Assembly: GCA_002737665.1 (NCBI GenBank)
Contig: NSIF01000001.1
Span: 350 to 64,349 of the forward strand
Direction of reading: 5' to 3'
Length of the DNA: 64,000 nt
From: Flavobacteriales bacterium
Lineage (GTDB): Bacteria; Bacteroidota; Bacteroidia; Palsa-965
Position 1 is the stretch's first letter; every line of letters starts with the position of its first letter. The position numbers were made by a program, and so were the translations under genes. Shown here one piece after another: positions 1 to 10,967 of this stretch. Under the pieces are notes generated by a model that saw only the letters and a program-made list of their open reading frames with translations, searched no databases and was not told the origin of the DNA.

Positions 1-445
1 CATTGAAGAATTTTATTACGAAAGCCAGCTTTCATGAACTTATACATTCCTTCACCTGAACCTAGTCCATCGCCGTGTCCTATGTAAAATTTCTTGTTAT
101 TCCATACTCTTTCAATAGGGTCATGGTAAATTTTTACTCCACATTCATCCGATAAATAACCAAATAGCCAAACATCATGATTACCTGAAAAAACATGTAC
201 TTGAATTCCAGCATCTGTAAACTCTGCAATCTTTGCGAGTAACCTAACAAATCCTTTAGGAACGACTCTCTTGTATTCAAACCAAGCATCAAAGATATCA
301 CCAACCAAAAATAACTCATCACAGTCGCCTTGAATTGTATTCATCCATCTTACAATTCGTTTTTCACGCTCTACACTAGTAGCATGGTCAGGCGCTCCGA
401 GATGAAAATCGGATGCGAAATATATTTTTCCTTGACGTTCAATCA
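1..445 (-). CDS. lpxH: UDP-2,3-diacylglucosamine diphosphatase LpxH. Partial: the start codon is at 443-445 and the C-terminus runs off the window edge.
   Basis: Reverse translation begins MIERQGKIYFASDFHLGAPD...GNHDVWLFGY...GHGDGLG. These are calcineurin-like phosphoesterase motifs typical of LpxH. Confidence 0.8.
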
Positions 446-3400
446 TTATTGGAGGTCTATGTTTTTAATAAGTTGAAATGGATTCAATTTATTTAAATTA
501 AGTTCAAACCGAATTAAATTAGGAAACTTAATGCCATTCGCTAAATTATAATCTTTTACGTCTGGAGAAATTAATAAAGGAATATAAATAAAACATGGTC
601 CCAATACAAGTTGAATTCCCGCTCCGTATGCTGTTAGGATGTTCTTATTCGCAGAAACGTTGTAAGGGTTGGTGTTGCATACTCCGAAATCGCCATAAAA
701 ATTAATAATACTAAGTAGTTTGTTTTTGAAGGGCATTGGGAGCGTAAAGTTAAGAGCGGTCAGCCACGAATTGCTTTGTCCCGATGTAGAGAAAACTTTA
801 AACCCACCATCTTCAGTTATCATCTGGTGTGAAAGAAGTCCGCTCGTTTCGCTTCTTCCCAATAAAATATTGTCAAATAAATAATCTTGCATTCCAAAAT
901 TATTTCCTGAAGTGCCCCAACTACTCATGCGAAAACGATAATCTCCAGTGCTTGTGTTTCCTAAAAATGTACCAGCAAATACTCTGATATTAATTATTTT
1001 TTTGGCGTTGATGTTGATTTTGTAATTTCCGGTAGCTTGTAATTTATTCATAAAATCACCGCTCTGAAATTTCACCAAAAAATTATATGCATTCAGGGCA
1101 CGTTTATTTTTAAATAGGTACGATACTTCATAAAAAGTTCTTTCCACATTACCTACAGACCAAGTGCTGCCACCATCTCGATCGTACGTTTCATCTATTT
1201 TATTTGTTTTTAAGTACACTGCCCTTAATAATATTTGTTGTGAAATTGGACTTCGGGCATAACTTTTTTGGATGTCAAAATTTATTTCTGGCGCAATTTT
1301 TATAAAGCCCAATCTTTTATTTAATTCTCGACCGCCAATAGGTAAATCAGCGCTTTGGATTTTGTAAAAATTATATTGATTTGCATTTACACCGATACAA
1401 ATATTTCGAAAAACATTTTTTGGGTAAATAGTGTAGCTCGCATCCGCATGTCCAACTAAACTTTTATCTCCTGAACTATACATGGGCATAGCACACCATT
1501 CCAATTTTTTTCCGGGCATCACATGATTGTAAATGGCAGCGCCTACCATGAACTTGTCATAGCTGTTGAATCCAACTGTTGGCATCCAAAATAGTTGTGT
1601 TCGTTTAGGGTTATCTAAACTTCCAGCCAGTTGAATTTTTAATGGTTCTACCTTTCTAAAAATTCCATGTGTATAAATTGTATTGTTTTTGCGATTGACC
1701 TCTGGCATTTTTCCCAATTGGTCAATACTAATTTCATCATAGTCTCCTTTTGGAAATAGCAAGCCTGCTTTTCCAGTGAAACCTTCGTACCAAATTGTAT
1801 TTACAACTATTTTATTCTTCATTGCTTGAACACAAACAGGTCCTTTGATCTCACCCGTATTTTTTACCATTACAAGAATTTCGTCTTTTAATTTTTTTTC
1901 TGGATCATTTATTTTTGGAACATGACAGATTTTATAATCCATCTGTTTAGTAGTCTGAATGAGATCTTCAAAAAACCAAGAAAGATTTTTTCCACTTGTC
2001 TGTTCAAAAACAGCACGAATGTCTTCTGGCATCGGATGTTTCCAATGCCATTTATCAAAATAGGTTTGGAAACAATTATCATATAAAGAATCCCCAAGAT
2101 AGGTACGGAGATAATCAAATACAACGGCACTTTTCATATACATTATTGTTCCATAATTGAGAGAAACAAAATCTTTAGAATGCGTTTCAATTGGCTGATC
2201 GGAATTTGTTTTAGCACAAAAAGTATATCCTAGATAATATTGAGCACTTCGTTTATACTGTGCAAGGTCAAACATTTTTGTTAATTTGGTTGGAACTTCT
2301 AAAAGTGCACGTTTAGGATATTTGGTTTCCACATATCGCAATTCGTTGGCAGAATTAATTCCTTCATCCATCCATCCATGTACACGTTCATTGCTTCCAA
2401 GCATTCCGTAAAACCAATTGTGTCCCACTTCATGGGTAATGACAATATCTAACAGCAATGGAGTTGGTGCAGCTCCAATAACAGTTATGTTTGGGTATTC
2501 CATTCCTCCACCCGCGCTCAATGCTCCATCTACTGCAGTGCAAACATCGTAGGTGTAATCGCCATTCCATTTTGAATAATAAAAGAGCGCGTCATTTACA
2601 TATGCAATAGCATCTTTCCAAACGTTTGCATATTGATTGGTGTACATCACCCAAGTAGTTACTTTATTTTTTGTATGAGGAAGTTCTACCTCACCTTTCA
2701 ATACATGGTATCGTTTATCACAAAACCACGCGAAATCATGAATGTGTGATTGCCGATAGTGCAAAGTTTTTGTTTGCTTCGAGGAAGCAGGAAATGAATC
2801 GTTTTTTGTATCATATTTGTTGATGAGTTTCGTGGCACTTGCTATAGAGTCCATAAACAATACTTCTTCTGGGTTGTCAATTAAATCACCGGTTGATCCC
2901 AACACATAATTTTTGGGAATTGTGATGAATACATCGAAAGTTCCGAATTCCGAATAAAATTCTCCTTGAGTTAAATAAGGAATCTCTTGCCAGCCATTTT
3001 TGTCATAGACAGCCGGTTTTGGATACCATTGTGTAATTTGATATTGCTGATCGATGTGTCCAAGTCGTGAAATTTTTCCACTTGGAAGTTTAACATGAAA
3101 AGGAGTTGTGATTTCAATTTGACTTCCAGATTGTAAAGGTGAATTTAAAATAATTTTTCCAATATCAGGATTTCCTTCTACGTAATCAAACTTTACCGTT
3201 TGTCCATCAACTTTGAAATCAAGACTATCGATGTAGCCCCGATCTTTCGTAGCTGCATAATTGAAAAATAAATTTCCATCTTCTTTAAGTTGCTTAGCAA
3301 GTGCAGTTTTGGTGCTTTTATAGGCATTCGGCCACAGGTGCATATAGATGAATGAAAGGGCATCGGGAGAATTATTTTTATAAATAATTGTTTCAAATGC

Positions 3401-3532
3401 ATTTAATTCATGTTTGGTGTCATCTAAAGATACACGAATGGTATAGGCCAAATCCTGTTGGAAATAGGACTTTTGAGCAGTAATAAAATTACTTGAAAGT
3501 AGGATTGCAAGCAGAAGAACATTGTATTTCAT
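446..3532 (-). CDS. Secreted M1-family zinc metallopeptidase, aminopeptidase-N-like, with a ~480-aa C-terminal extension of unknown function.
   Basis: Signal peptide MKYNVLLLAILLSSNFITAQ. GAMEN-like GGMEYPN motif. HEVGHNWFYG...18 aa...E (HExxH-18-E) zinc site. Confidence 0.8.
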   Translation of the reverse strand: MKYNVLLLAILLSSNFITAQKSYFQQDLAYTIRVSLDDTKHELNAFETIIYKNNSPDALSFIYMHLWPNAYKSTKTALAKQLKEDGNLFFNYAATKDRGYIDSLDFKVDGQTVKFDYVEGNPDIGKIILNSPLQSGSQIEITTPFHVKLPSGKISRLGHIDQQYQITQWYPKPAVYDKNGWQEIPYLTQGEFYSEFGTFDVFITIPKNYVLGSTGDLIDNPEEVLFMDSIASATKLINKYDTKNDSFPASSKQTKTLHYRQSHIHDFAWFCDKRYHVLKGEVELPHTKNKVTTWVMYTNQYANVWKDAIAYVNDALFYYSKWNGDYTYDVCTAVDGALSAGGGMEYPNITVIGAAPTPLLLDIVITHEVGHNWFYGMLGSNERVHGWMDEGINSANELRYVETKYPKRALLEVPTKLTKMFDLAQYKRSAQYYLGYTFCAKTNSDQPIETHSKDFVSLNYGTIMYMKSAVVFDYLRTYLGDSLYDNCFQTYFDKWHWKHPMPEDIRAVFEQTSGKNLSWFFEDLIQTTKQMDYKICHVPKINDPEKKLKDEILVMVKNTGEIKGPVCVQAMKNKIVVNTIWYEGFTGKAGLLFPKGDYDEISIDQLGKMPEVNRKNNTIYTHGIFRKVEPLKIQLAGSLDNPKRTQLFWMPTVGFNSYDKFMVGAAIYNHVMPGKKLEWCAMPMYSSGDKSLVGHADASYTIYPKNVFRNICIGVNANQYNFYKIQSADLPIGGRELNKRLGFIKIAPEINFDIQKSYARSPISQQILLRAVYLKTNKIDETYDRDGGSTWSVGNVERTFYEVSYLFKNKRALNAYNFLVKFQSGDFMNKLQATGNYKININAKKIINIRVFAGTFLGNTSTGDYRFRMSSWGTSGNNFGMQDYLFDNILLGRSETSGLLSHQMITEDGGFKVFSTSGQSNSWLTALNFTLPMPFKNKLLSIINFYGDFGVCNTNPYNVSANKNILTAYGAGIQLVLGPCFIYIPLLISPDVKDYNLANGIKFPNLIRFELNLNKLNPFQLIKNIDLQ

Positions 3533-3553
3533 ATCAGCAAATTAACAATTAAA

Positions 3554-4741
3554 TTATTTCTCTTTAAAAATTTCAGCAAGCTTTTTGGTCAATGCTTCTC
3601 CATGTAAGTCGCGTGCTATAATTTTTCCAGATTTGTCTAAAAGTACTGTGGTAGGAATTTGACTAATTCGGTACAGCTCTTTCATTGGTGTTTGCCATTG
3701 TAATAAATCGCTTACATGATTAGGCCAAACCAATCCCAATGATTTTATTCCATCTACCCATAAATTCTTGTCGCTGTCAAGGGAAACACTGAAGATTTCA
3801 AATCCTTGCTTATTGTATTTTGTATAATGTTTTATAAGTGTAGGAAGTTCTACTCTACAAGGCCCACACCAAGTAGCCCAAAAATCGATTAAAACAATTT
3901 TGTTTTTTAGTGACGAAAGTTTTCTTGGTGCTCCAGTTGGGTCACTCAGAATTATATCGGGTGGTGTTTGACCAATGCAATAAGGACGTTCCCGTTCAAC
4001 ATAATTTCGAAGCATTTTTACATTGGGTACATCTTTGTATTTTATTTCTAATGTATTTATTGTTTTTTCATAATAACTAAAGTTGATATATGGTTTTAAC
4101 AATCGTAATCCAGCAATATTTGCGAATGAACTGGAGTCTTGGTCAATAAAAGCATGCATGAAACTTACTCCATCCTCTTCAATTTTATTTAATTTAGTTT
4201 GTGCTGTGTCGAATAATGGTCCAAATTGTTGATCCAATTTTTTCATTTTAACACTGTCACTTTTCTGAAACATGCTAATTTGGAATTGAAATGTTTGTTG
4301 GAGAGAATCTAAATAATTTGTAATTGGGGTTCGTTTTTTTTCAATATTAATTATGAATTTATTCAATTCCTCAAAACGTGCTGATTCTTTCGATCCATCA
4401 GTTTTCCAAGTGTAACCTAGGTTTTTAGCATCACCTTTTATGTTAATTGTATCACCAGGTTCAATGATCATTACTGCAAACTGTTGTGTTGTTTTTCCTA
4501 CATTAATGTTATAAAATCCTTTCTTATTTATTTGAGTATGAAAGGTAAAGGAACCGTCGATTTCTGCTATAGCGGAATCAATTACTTCAAATTCTGGTTT
4601 ATTGACATCGACAATAAAAAGGGTGTCGCCTGAACAATTAGAAAAATTACCAGTGATTACAACATTTCCTTTTTTAATATTATTTCCGCAAGAAGTAAAA
4701 AACGCAATGGAAACCGTTACAATTAATATTATTTTTTTCAT
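3554..4741 (-). CDS. TlpA-like thiol:disulfide oxidoreductase lipoprotein: an N-terminal DUF4369-like domain plus a thioredoxin fold.
   Basis: Lipoprotein signal ...FFTSCGNN. WATWCGPCRVELP thioredoxin CxxC motif in the C-terminal domain. Confidence 0.75.
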   Translation of the reverse strand: MKKIILIVTVSIAFFTSCGNNIKKGNVVITGNFSNCSGDTLFIVDVNKPEFEVIDSAIAEIDGSFTFHTQINKKGFYNINVGKTTQQFAVMIIEPGDTINIKGDAKNLGYTWKTDGSKESARFEELNKFIINIEKKRTPITNYLDSLQQTFQFQISMFQKSDSVKMKKLDQQFGPLFDTAQTKLNKIEEDGVSFMHAFIDQDSSSFANIAGLRLLKPYINFSYYEKTINTLEIKYKDVPNVKMLRNYVERERPYCIGQTPPDIILSDPTGAPRKLSSLKNKIVLIDFWATWCGPCRVELPTLIKHYTKYNKQGFEIFSVSLDSDKNLWVDGIKSLGLVWPNHVSDLLQWQTPMKELYRISQIPTTVLLDKSGKIIARDLHGEALTKKLAEIFKEK

Positions 4742-4800
4742 TTTATTGAAATTTAAAAAACGAATTAGATTTTGTAGGTTATGATTTAATAGTTTGTTAC

Positions 4801-6273
4801 TTATTGAATCTCCGTATCATCCTGAAGTACTTTTTTGAGTAATTCACTTGTGGCCTTAGGATCAGCTTTACCTTTAGATAGTTTCATGACTTCACCCATA
4901 AACAAGCCAAGCAAATTCACTTTTCCATTTTTATATTCCAAAACTTTTTCCGGGTATTTCCCAATGGCCTCCTTAATCATCTCAAGTAAAGCATCGGAGT
5001 CGGACTCTTGAACAAGATTTTGCTCTTCTGCAATTGCTAATGGTGATTTAGTTAGTTCTTTTGTCATTATTGGAAATAGGCGTTGACTCGCCATTGCAAA
5101 AGAAATTTTCCCTGAATCGATAATGGCAATTAATTCTGCGAGACGTTCTGCAGCAATTGGAAATTGGGAAATGTGTAAACCATTTTCATTTAGGAAAGAC
5201 TTTACGGGACCCATTACCCAATTGGCTGCCGCTTTTGCATTGTTTGTGTGTTTCAAAACATTTTCAAAAAATAATGCAATTTCTTTTGCGTCAGTAAGCA
5301 CACCCGCATCATACATTGTCAATCCAAGTTGTTTCGTGTATTTAGCAATTAACTCGGCAGGTAAAGGAGGAAGTGCTGCTTTTACTTTTGCTATTTCTGC
5401 AACTGTTATTATTACTGGCTGCAAATCGGGCTCTGGAAAATACCTGTAATCATTTGCCGCTTCTTTGCTTCGAAGAGAAGAGGTTGTTCCAGTCATTGCA
5501 TCAAATCCACGCGTATCCTGATCAACAATTTCTCCATTTTCAATTAAATCAATCTGACGTATAATTTCATGTTCAATCGCTCTTTTTACATTGCTAATTG
5601 AATTCATGTTTTTTACTTCCACTCTTCTTCCATATTCTTTTGCATCCTTCAACATCACAGAAACATTCGCATCGCAACGCAAAGAACCTTCTTCCATATT
5701 TCCATCACAAATGTCGAGGTAACGTACTAGTCGGCGGATTTCAGTCAAATATTTATACGCTTCATCTGAACTTCTTAGGTCAGGTTCACTTACAACTTCT
5801 AACAACGCAACACCTGCTCGATTTAAATCAACAAGTGTTTCATCAGGAACTACATCGTGCATGCTTTTCCCGGCATCTTCTTCCATGTGAATACGAGTGA
5901 TGCCGATGCGTTTTTCAGTTCCATCGTTTTGTTTGATAAAAATAAAACCATCGTTACAAATTGGAGTTTTATCCTGTGTAATTTGATATCCTTTCGGAAG
6001 ATCGGCGTAGAAATAATTTTTACGTGCATATTCGTTCCGCTCACGAATTTTGCAATTTGTTGCAATACCAAGCCTAATTCCAAATTCAATAACACGTTTA
6101 TTTGTAAAGGGCAAAGTGCCAGGAAGTCCTAGCGTAACAGGACTAACCAATGAGTTTGGTAAGGCACCATATTCTGCGGCATCACTGGAGTAGGCTTTGC
6201 TATTTGTAAGCAATTGTGCGTGTACTTCTAGTCCTATGACGGCTTGGTATTTATCGTAATTCTTATTATTCAT
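4801..6273 (-). CDS. gatB: Asp-tRNA(Asn)/Glu-tRNA(Gln) amidotransferase subunit B.
   Basis: N-terminus YQAVIGLEVHAQLLTNSKAYSSD... The length of 490 aa is typical of GatB. Confidence 0.9.
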   Translation of the reverse strand: MNNKNYDKYQAVIGLEVHAQLLTNSKAYSSDAAEYGALPNSLVSPVTLGLPGTLPFTNKRVIEFGIRLGIATNCKIRERNEYARKNYFYADLPKGYQITQDKTPICNDGFIFIKQNDGTEKRIGITRIHMEEDAGKSMHDVVPDETLVDLNRAGVALLEVVSEPDLRSSDEAYKYLTEIRRLVRYLDICDGNMEEGSLRCDANVSVMLKDAKEYGRRVEVKNMNSISNVKRAIEHEIIRQIDLIENGEIVDQDTRGFDAMTGTTSSLRSKEAANDYRYFPEPDLQPVIITVAEIAKVKAALPPLPAELIAKYTKQLGLTMYDAGVLTDAKEIALFFENVLKHTNNAKAAANWVMGPVKSFLNENGLHISQFPIAAERLAELIAIIDSGKISFAMASQRLFPIMTKELTKSPLAIAEEQNLVQESDSDALLEMIKEAIGKYPEKVLEYKNGKVNLLGLFMGEVMKLSKGKADPKATSELLKKVLQDDTEIQ

Positions 6274-6360
6274 TTGTTATGCGATTTCTTTTATTCTTTT
6301 TTCATTAGGAATGAAAACGATTACGCATTTTTAATTAATTCTTTATTTTAAGATAAAGGA

Positions 6361-7776
6361 CTATTTTGTTTTTGCAAGTTTGCAATTGCCTGAAAAAGTT
6401 TGGCCTTCTACTTTTAGTGTATAAATTCCTGGTAGTAATTCTTCCGCAGGAACTTCGAGTATTGCTTTTCCATTCGGCATTTGTGATTTATTTTGAATTA
6501 CTAATCTCCCAGCATTATCAAAAATGGAGTATTGAATAGTTTGAGCAGTTGTTAGATTTATTGAAAGACAAAAATTAGTGTTAAATGGATTAGGGTATGC
6601 ATCAACGAAGTTATTGATATCAAAAAGTTGCTCGTTAGTACTTGCTATTGCAGCTGAAATATCTAAAGTATATAATCCATTTTGCATATCGGCAGCAAGC
6701 AAAATCCCACTTGGTAAAAAAGGATCAGCACCCCAGCAGCCATGGTAGGCCTGTGTATAATTGGGAAAATTAATTAAGGTGTCGGTGTCAAAGTATCCTG
6801 CCAAAACACAATTCGAAGGATTCGAAATGTTGTAAAGTTGAATACCATCTGTATAATTTGCAGCAATTAAAAAATCATTTCCTAAAATATACGGATTGTG
6901 TGGAGTATTTCCAGTGTGAGATCGAAATATCTGATTCATTGTTACATTTCCCATATTGGAAACATCCAATGATTTGATTCCCATCCCAACGGGCACCTCA
7001 TCCATAAAAATTAATGTTCTCCCATCTGATGATAAAAAACTACTGTGATTGTATCCTGATTCCGGATAATTAGTAAGTACTGCTAACTGGGTGAATTGCT
7101 GGTTGGTTGTACTATTGAATTTGTAAATTCCCAATCCGCCAAAACCACAGGATGCGTATACCGTATCATTACGTACAAACATATCGTGTACTTGTTGAAC
7201 CGAAGGATAGTCTTGATCAATTGTCCGCAATAGTGGTGGATTTATTGGGTTAATACTTAAATCGTAAACAGCCATTGGATAGTAAGTGTTATTGGAAAGA
7301 GTAACACTTCCACCATAAAGTTTGTCGCCATCAATAAAAATAGTATGACATTTTTCAAATAATGTGTTGTCATTTCGCACAACATGTACAGAGTCGGGTA
7401 GGTAGGACATATCTGCAATAATAAAACTATTAGGAGCATTGTCGTCACTTACGATATAGCAGTACTGGTGCCAAGTTTTAATTTCATGCCAAATTAAATT
7501 TCCATGTGTTGCGGGAATGTAATCGCAGGCAACGAGCGCTGTTGGATTGGTGACATCCACAAATTGAGTTCCTGTTGAAGTTCCTATAATTGCATATTCG
7601 CGGTTTGTTGTGGTGTCTTTCCAGCCACATACACCTTGGTACTTGATTCCATAAACAGGTTCAGCAGGTTGTGTTGGGTTGTTCCAATTTCCTAATAATG
7701 AAATATTTTGAGATTGATAATTTTGTGCTTGTAAAACAAATGGCGTGAGCATTAATAGTATTAGAATTTTTTTCAT
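6361..7776 (-). CDS. Secreted beta-propeller-like protein (choice-of-anchor-B / LVIVD-like N-terminal region) with a T9SS type-A C-terminal sorting domain.
   Basis: Signal peptide MKKILILLMLTPFVLQAQ. C-terminus YPNPFNTNFCLSINL...GIYTLKVEGQTFSGNCKLAKTK matches the type-A CTD pattern. The N-terminal domain assignment is tentative. Confidence 0.6.
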   Translation of the reverse strand: MKKILILLMLTPFVLQAQNYQSQNISLLGNWNNPTQPAEPVYGIKYQGVCGWKDTTTNREYAIIGTSTGTQFVDVTNPTALVACDYIPATHGNLIWHEIKTWHQYCYIVSDDNAPNSFIIADMSYLPDSVHVVRNDNTLFEKCHTIFIDGDKLYGGSVTLSNNTYYPMAVYDLSINPINPPLLRTIDQDYPSVQQVHDMFVRNDTVYASCGFGGLGIYKFNSTTNQQFTQLAVLTNYPESGYNHSSFLSSDGRTLIFMDEVPVGMGIKSLDVSNMGNVTMNQIFRSHTGNTPHNPYILGNDFLIAANYTDGIQLYNISNPSNCVLAGYFDTDTLINFPNYTQAYHGCWGADPFLPSGILLAADMQNGLYTLDISAAIASTNEQLFDINNFVDAYPNPFNTNFCLSINLTTAQTIQYSIFDNAGRLVIQNKSQMPNGKAILEVPAEELLPGIYTLKVEGQTFSGNCKLAKTK

Positions 7777-7815
7777 GTTTTTTGTTTTTGTGAATTTAAA
7801 ATAAAATAGTAGTCC

Positions 7816-8631
7816 TTACAATTGTTTGATTATTTCTTTTATTATCAGTGTCATTTTCTTTTCTGCAATTTCTGCAACTTTCTGGACTTCTGCATGGGAC
7901 ACTTCTACAATTTTACCTGGTACGCCGAGGTCTGTAATAACTGACATTGCAAATACAGGAATTCCCATATGGCGAGCTGCGATTACTTCTGGAACGGTAC
8001 TCATGCCAACTGTATCCCCACCAATATTTCGAACGTATTTATATTCTGCTGGTGTTTCAAAGGTGGGGCCACTCATGCCGACATAAATTCCATAGACAAC
8101 CTTAATCTTTAATTCTTCAACAATTGTTTTGGCTAAGGCAATCATTTTATGATCATAGGGTTCACTCATATCAGGAAAACGAGGTCCAAATCTTTTGTCA
8201 TTTGCGCCAATCAGTGGATTTCCAGGGAATAAATTAATATGATCAGTTTGAATCATTAAATCTCCAATTTCAAAGTCGGGATTTACTCCGCCACTTGCAT
8301 TTGAAACAAACAATCGTTGTATTCCTAATAGTTTCATTACGCGAACTGGAAAAATAACTTGTTGTAGCGTATAGCCTTCGTAGTAGTGAAATCGACCTTG
8401 CATAGCAACTACATTTTTACCTGAAAGTTTACCGAAAATTAATTTTCCGGAATGTCCTTCCACAGTAGAAATTGGGAAATTTGGAATTGATTCGTAAGGC
8501 AAAATATACTCAGCTTCAATTTCATTCACTAAACCGCCGAGACCTGTACCAAGAATAATTCCAAATTCTGGAGCAAAATTATTTGTTTTCTGTTTTATAA
8601 ATGTTGCAGTTGAATCTATGAGTTCGTACAT
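7816..8631 (-). CDS. Purine nucleoside phosphorylase (PNP family I, inosine/guanosine type).
   Basis: GIILGTGLGGLV...MQGRFHYYEG...GMSTVPEV are conserved PNP motifs. 271 aa. Confidence 0.85.
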   Translation of the reverse strand: MYELIDSTATFIKQKTNNFAPEFGIILGTGLGGLVNEIEAEYILPYESIPNFPISTVEGHSGKLIFGKLSGKNVVAMQGRFHYYEGYTLQQVIFPVRVMKLLGIQRLFVSNASGGVNPDFEIGDLMIQTDHINLFPGNPLIGANDKRFGPRFPDMSEPYDHKMIALAKTIVEELKIKVVYGIYVGMSGPTFETPAEYKYVRNIGGDTVGMSTVPEVIAARHMGIPVFAMSVITDLGVPGKIVEVSHAEVQKVAEIAEKKMTLIIKEIIKQL

Positions 8632-9700
8632 AATTATTTATTTGTTGGTTAAAACCAATTGCGTCTTGGTCTTGAAATGCAACTTCAATTGGCAAGTAAT
8701 AAATTGGAAGTTCTGCAAGATAGTCAGCAAGTATTGGATTTTGCAAACGCATCGCATCTTTTTCTGTTGTAATTATAATTTTTTTGTCATTTTTTATAGT
8801 TTCGTATACTTCTTTTAATTCCAATATTTCAGCGGTTTTAAATTCATGATGATCGCTGAAACGCATAGGTAGTAATGCCGCCACTTTATCCTTTAGAAAA
8901 TATTCTAACGGTTTGGAGTTGGCAATACCTGTTAGTAATACGACAGAATAATTTGTCTCAGTAAATGTGGATAGTGAAAGCACTTTCTTATCCAATTTAT
9001 TTTCAATCGGCATTAAATTCCCATATACAATTTTAGAAAAATAAATTTTTTGATGAGGTTTTAATTTTATTTCTTGAATAATTCTTTTCCTTTCCAGAGG
9101 AGAAAAAAAATCAGGGGTTTTACTTACCACAATGATGTCAGCTCTTTTCATACCCGATTTTGGCTCACGCAAATACCCTGTTGGCAACATGTAATCCTTA
9201 TAAAAGAGTGCTGCGTAATCAGTCAGTAAAATTTGCAGACCAGGTTTAATGCTTCTGTGTTGAAAAACATCATCTAATAAAACAACGTCTAAGAAAGGAA
9301 AATTTTGAATCAATTGTTTCACTCCATTGACACGATTTGCATCCACCGCTACAGGTATTTCAATTGGAAAACGATTGCGAAATTGTTTTGGCTCATCTCC
9401 AATTTCTGAAGCAGTACTCGTTGTTGCTGCTTGCTGGAAGCCAGTTGTTTTACGTCCGTACCCACGACTTAATGTTGCAACTTTATAATGTGGGTGTAAA
9501 AGATTAATCAAGTATTCAATGTGTGGGGTTTTGCCAGTTCCTCCAGCGCTGAGATTTCCAACTCCAATGAGGGTGACCTCTTTAAATTCTGTTTTGGATA
9601 ACACAGAAAAGTTGAAAAGTAGATTGCGGATAAGCATAGCAATGCCATACAAAAAAGACAAAGGCCAGATTAATAGTCGGAACAACTTCATTCCATACAA
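8579..9700 (-). CDS. lpxK: Tetraacyldisaccharide 4'-kinase.
   Basis: IGVGNLSAGGTGKTPHIEYL P-loop typical of LpxK. N-terminal membrane anchor. Overlaps the PNP start by about 50 nt. Confidence 0.85.
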   Translation of the reverse strand: MYGMKLFRLLIWPLSFLYGIAMLIRNLLFNFSVLSKTEFKEVTLIGVGNLSAGGTGKTPHIEYLINLLHPHYKVATLSRGYGRKTTGFQQAATTSTASEIGDEPKQFRNRFPIEIPVAVDANRVNGVKQLIQNFPFLDVVLLDDVFQHRSIKPGLQILLTDYAALFYKDYMLPTGYLREPKSGMKRADIIVVSKTPDFFSPLERKRIIQEIKLKPHQKIYFSKIVYGNLMPIENKLDKKVLSLSTFTETNYSVVLLTGIANSKPLEYFLKDKVAALLPMRFSDHHEFKTAEILELKEVYETIKNDKKIIITTEKDAMRLQNPILADYLAELPIYYLPIEVAFQDQDAIGFNQQINNYVRTHRFNCNIYKTENK

Positions 9701-9869
9701 AATTAGTCAAAACAGATTGGATTTAAGTCCCATTTGATTTGGAAACCCTAAAACATTAATTCTCCTTTTGGGACTTGTTTTTTTTAGTTTGTTTTGTGCT
9801 TTGGTATTTATGCCTATTTCCGTTAATTTTGATTTTTATTTTCTACAATTCCATATAAAATATTTCGAA

Positions 9870-10967
9870 ATGCTTTTAGCTAAAATAATTACCCATTTAG
9901 AATCTATTGCTCACCCCATTTTTCAGGAGAGCTATGACAACTGCGGACTCCTAGTAGGTAATCGAAATATGGAGGTAACTGGAATTTTAGTCGCGCTTGA
10001 TTCAATCGAAGCGATAGTTGACGAGGCAATTGAAAAGAAGTGTAATCTCATTGTAGCCCATCACCCAATTGTATTTTCTGGTTTGAAGAAAATCAATGGC
10101 AATAGTTATGTGGAACGTGTACTCATTAAAGCAATAAAGAATGATATAGCTATTTATGCTATTCATACTAATCTTGACCATGTTCTTAGTGGTGTTAATT
10201 CTAAAATTTGTGAGAAAATAGGCATTCAGAATTATAAAATTTTAGCACCTAAAAAAGGATTATTGCGCAAGCTTGTTACGTATTGCCCAAAGCAGCATAC
10301 AGCAGCCGTTCGAAAATCTTTGTGGGACGCTGGTGCAGGTGAAATTGGGAATTATTTTGAAGTAAGTTTTTCAGCAGAGGGAATAGGCACTTTTAAAGGC
10401 AATGAGAATTCAAACCCAGTTTTTGGTGTAAAAGGCGAGTTAATTGAGGAGTCAGAAGACCGGCTTGAAATTATTTATTCTGTTAACAAAGAGACAGCAA
10501 TACTTTCTGCTTTATTTAAGAGTCATCCCTATGAAGAGGTTGGATATGAGTTAATTCCAATTGCAAATTCTTGGCAGGATGTGGGTTCAGGTATGATTGG
10601 TAACTTGAATACGCCCATTCCACTAAATGATTTCCTACAGACATTAAAAGTTGCCATGAATACTGCTGTTATTCGTTACACACCAATAGCGGGTAAAATG
10701 ATAGCTAAAGTTGCCGTTTGTGGTGGAGCAGGAAGTTTTTTGGTGCAGGATGCGCTATCAGCAGGTGCAGATATTTTGATTTCTGCTGACTTTAAATACC
10801 ATCAGTTTTTTGATGGAGAAGGGGAAATGGTGATCGCTGATATTGGACACTTTGAAAGTGAGCAGTTTACAATTGATTTGTTAGCTGACCTACTAAAACA
10901 AAAATTACCTACCTTTGCAATCCTTAAAACCGGCATAAATACCAATCCGATAACATATCTCACATGA
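9870..10967 (+). CDS. Nif3-like dinuclear-metal-centre protein (YqfO / GTP cyclohydrolase 1 type 2 homologue).
   Basis: AHHPIVFSGLKKI and HTNLDHV motifs. The six-frame ORF begins at 9768, but the start is more likely MLLAKIITHL at 9870. Confidence 0.8.
   Translation: MLLAKIITHLESIAHPIFQESYDNCGLLVGNRNMEVTGILVALDSIEAIVDEAIEKKCNLIVAHHPIVFSGLKKINGNSYVERVLIKAIKNDIAIYAIHTNLDHVLSGVNSKICEKIGIQNYKILAPKKGLLRKLVTYCPKQHTAAVRKSLWDAGAGEIGNYFEVSFSAEGIGTFKGNENSNPVFGVKGELIEESEDRLEIIYSVNKETAILSALFKSHPYEEVGYELIPIANSWQDVGSGMIGNLNTPIPLNDFLQTLKVAMNTAVIRYTPIAGKMIAKVAVCGGAGSFLVQDALSAGADILISADFKYHQFFDGEGEMVIADIGHFESEQFTIDLLADLLKQKLPTFAILKTGINTNPITYLT

Noticed and set aside
134-322. A 62-aa ORF on the minus strand inside lpxH.
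   Set aside because: It is fully contained within the well-supported lpxH reading frame region, in another frame. Spurious.
9768-9869. 5' extension of the Nif3 ORF (MGLVFFSLFCALVF...).
   Set aside because: The extension is hydrophobic junk with no conservation expected. The Nif3 family starts near MLLAKII, and the region is the divergent lpxK/nif3 promoter.
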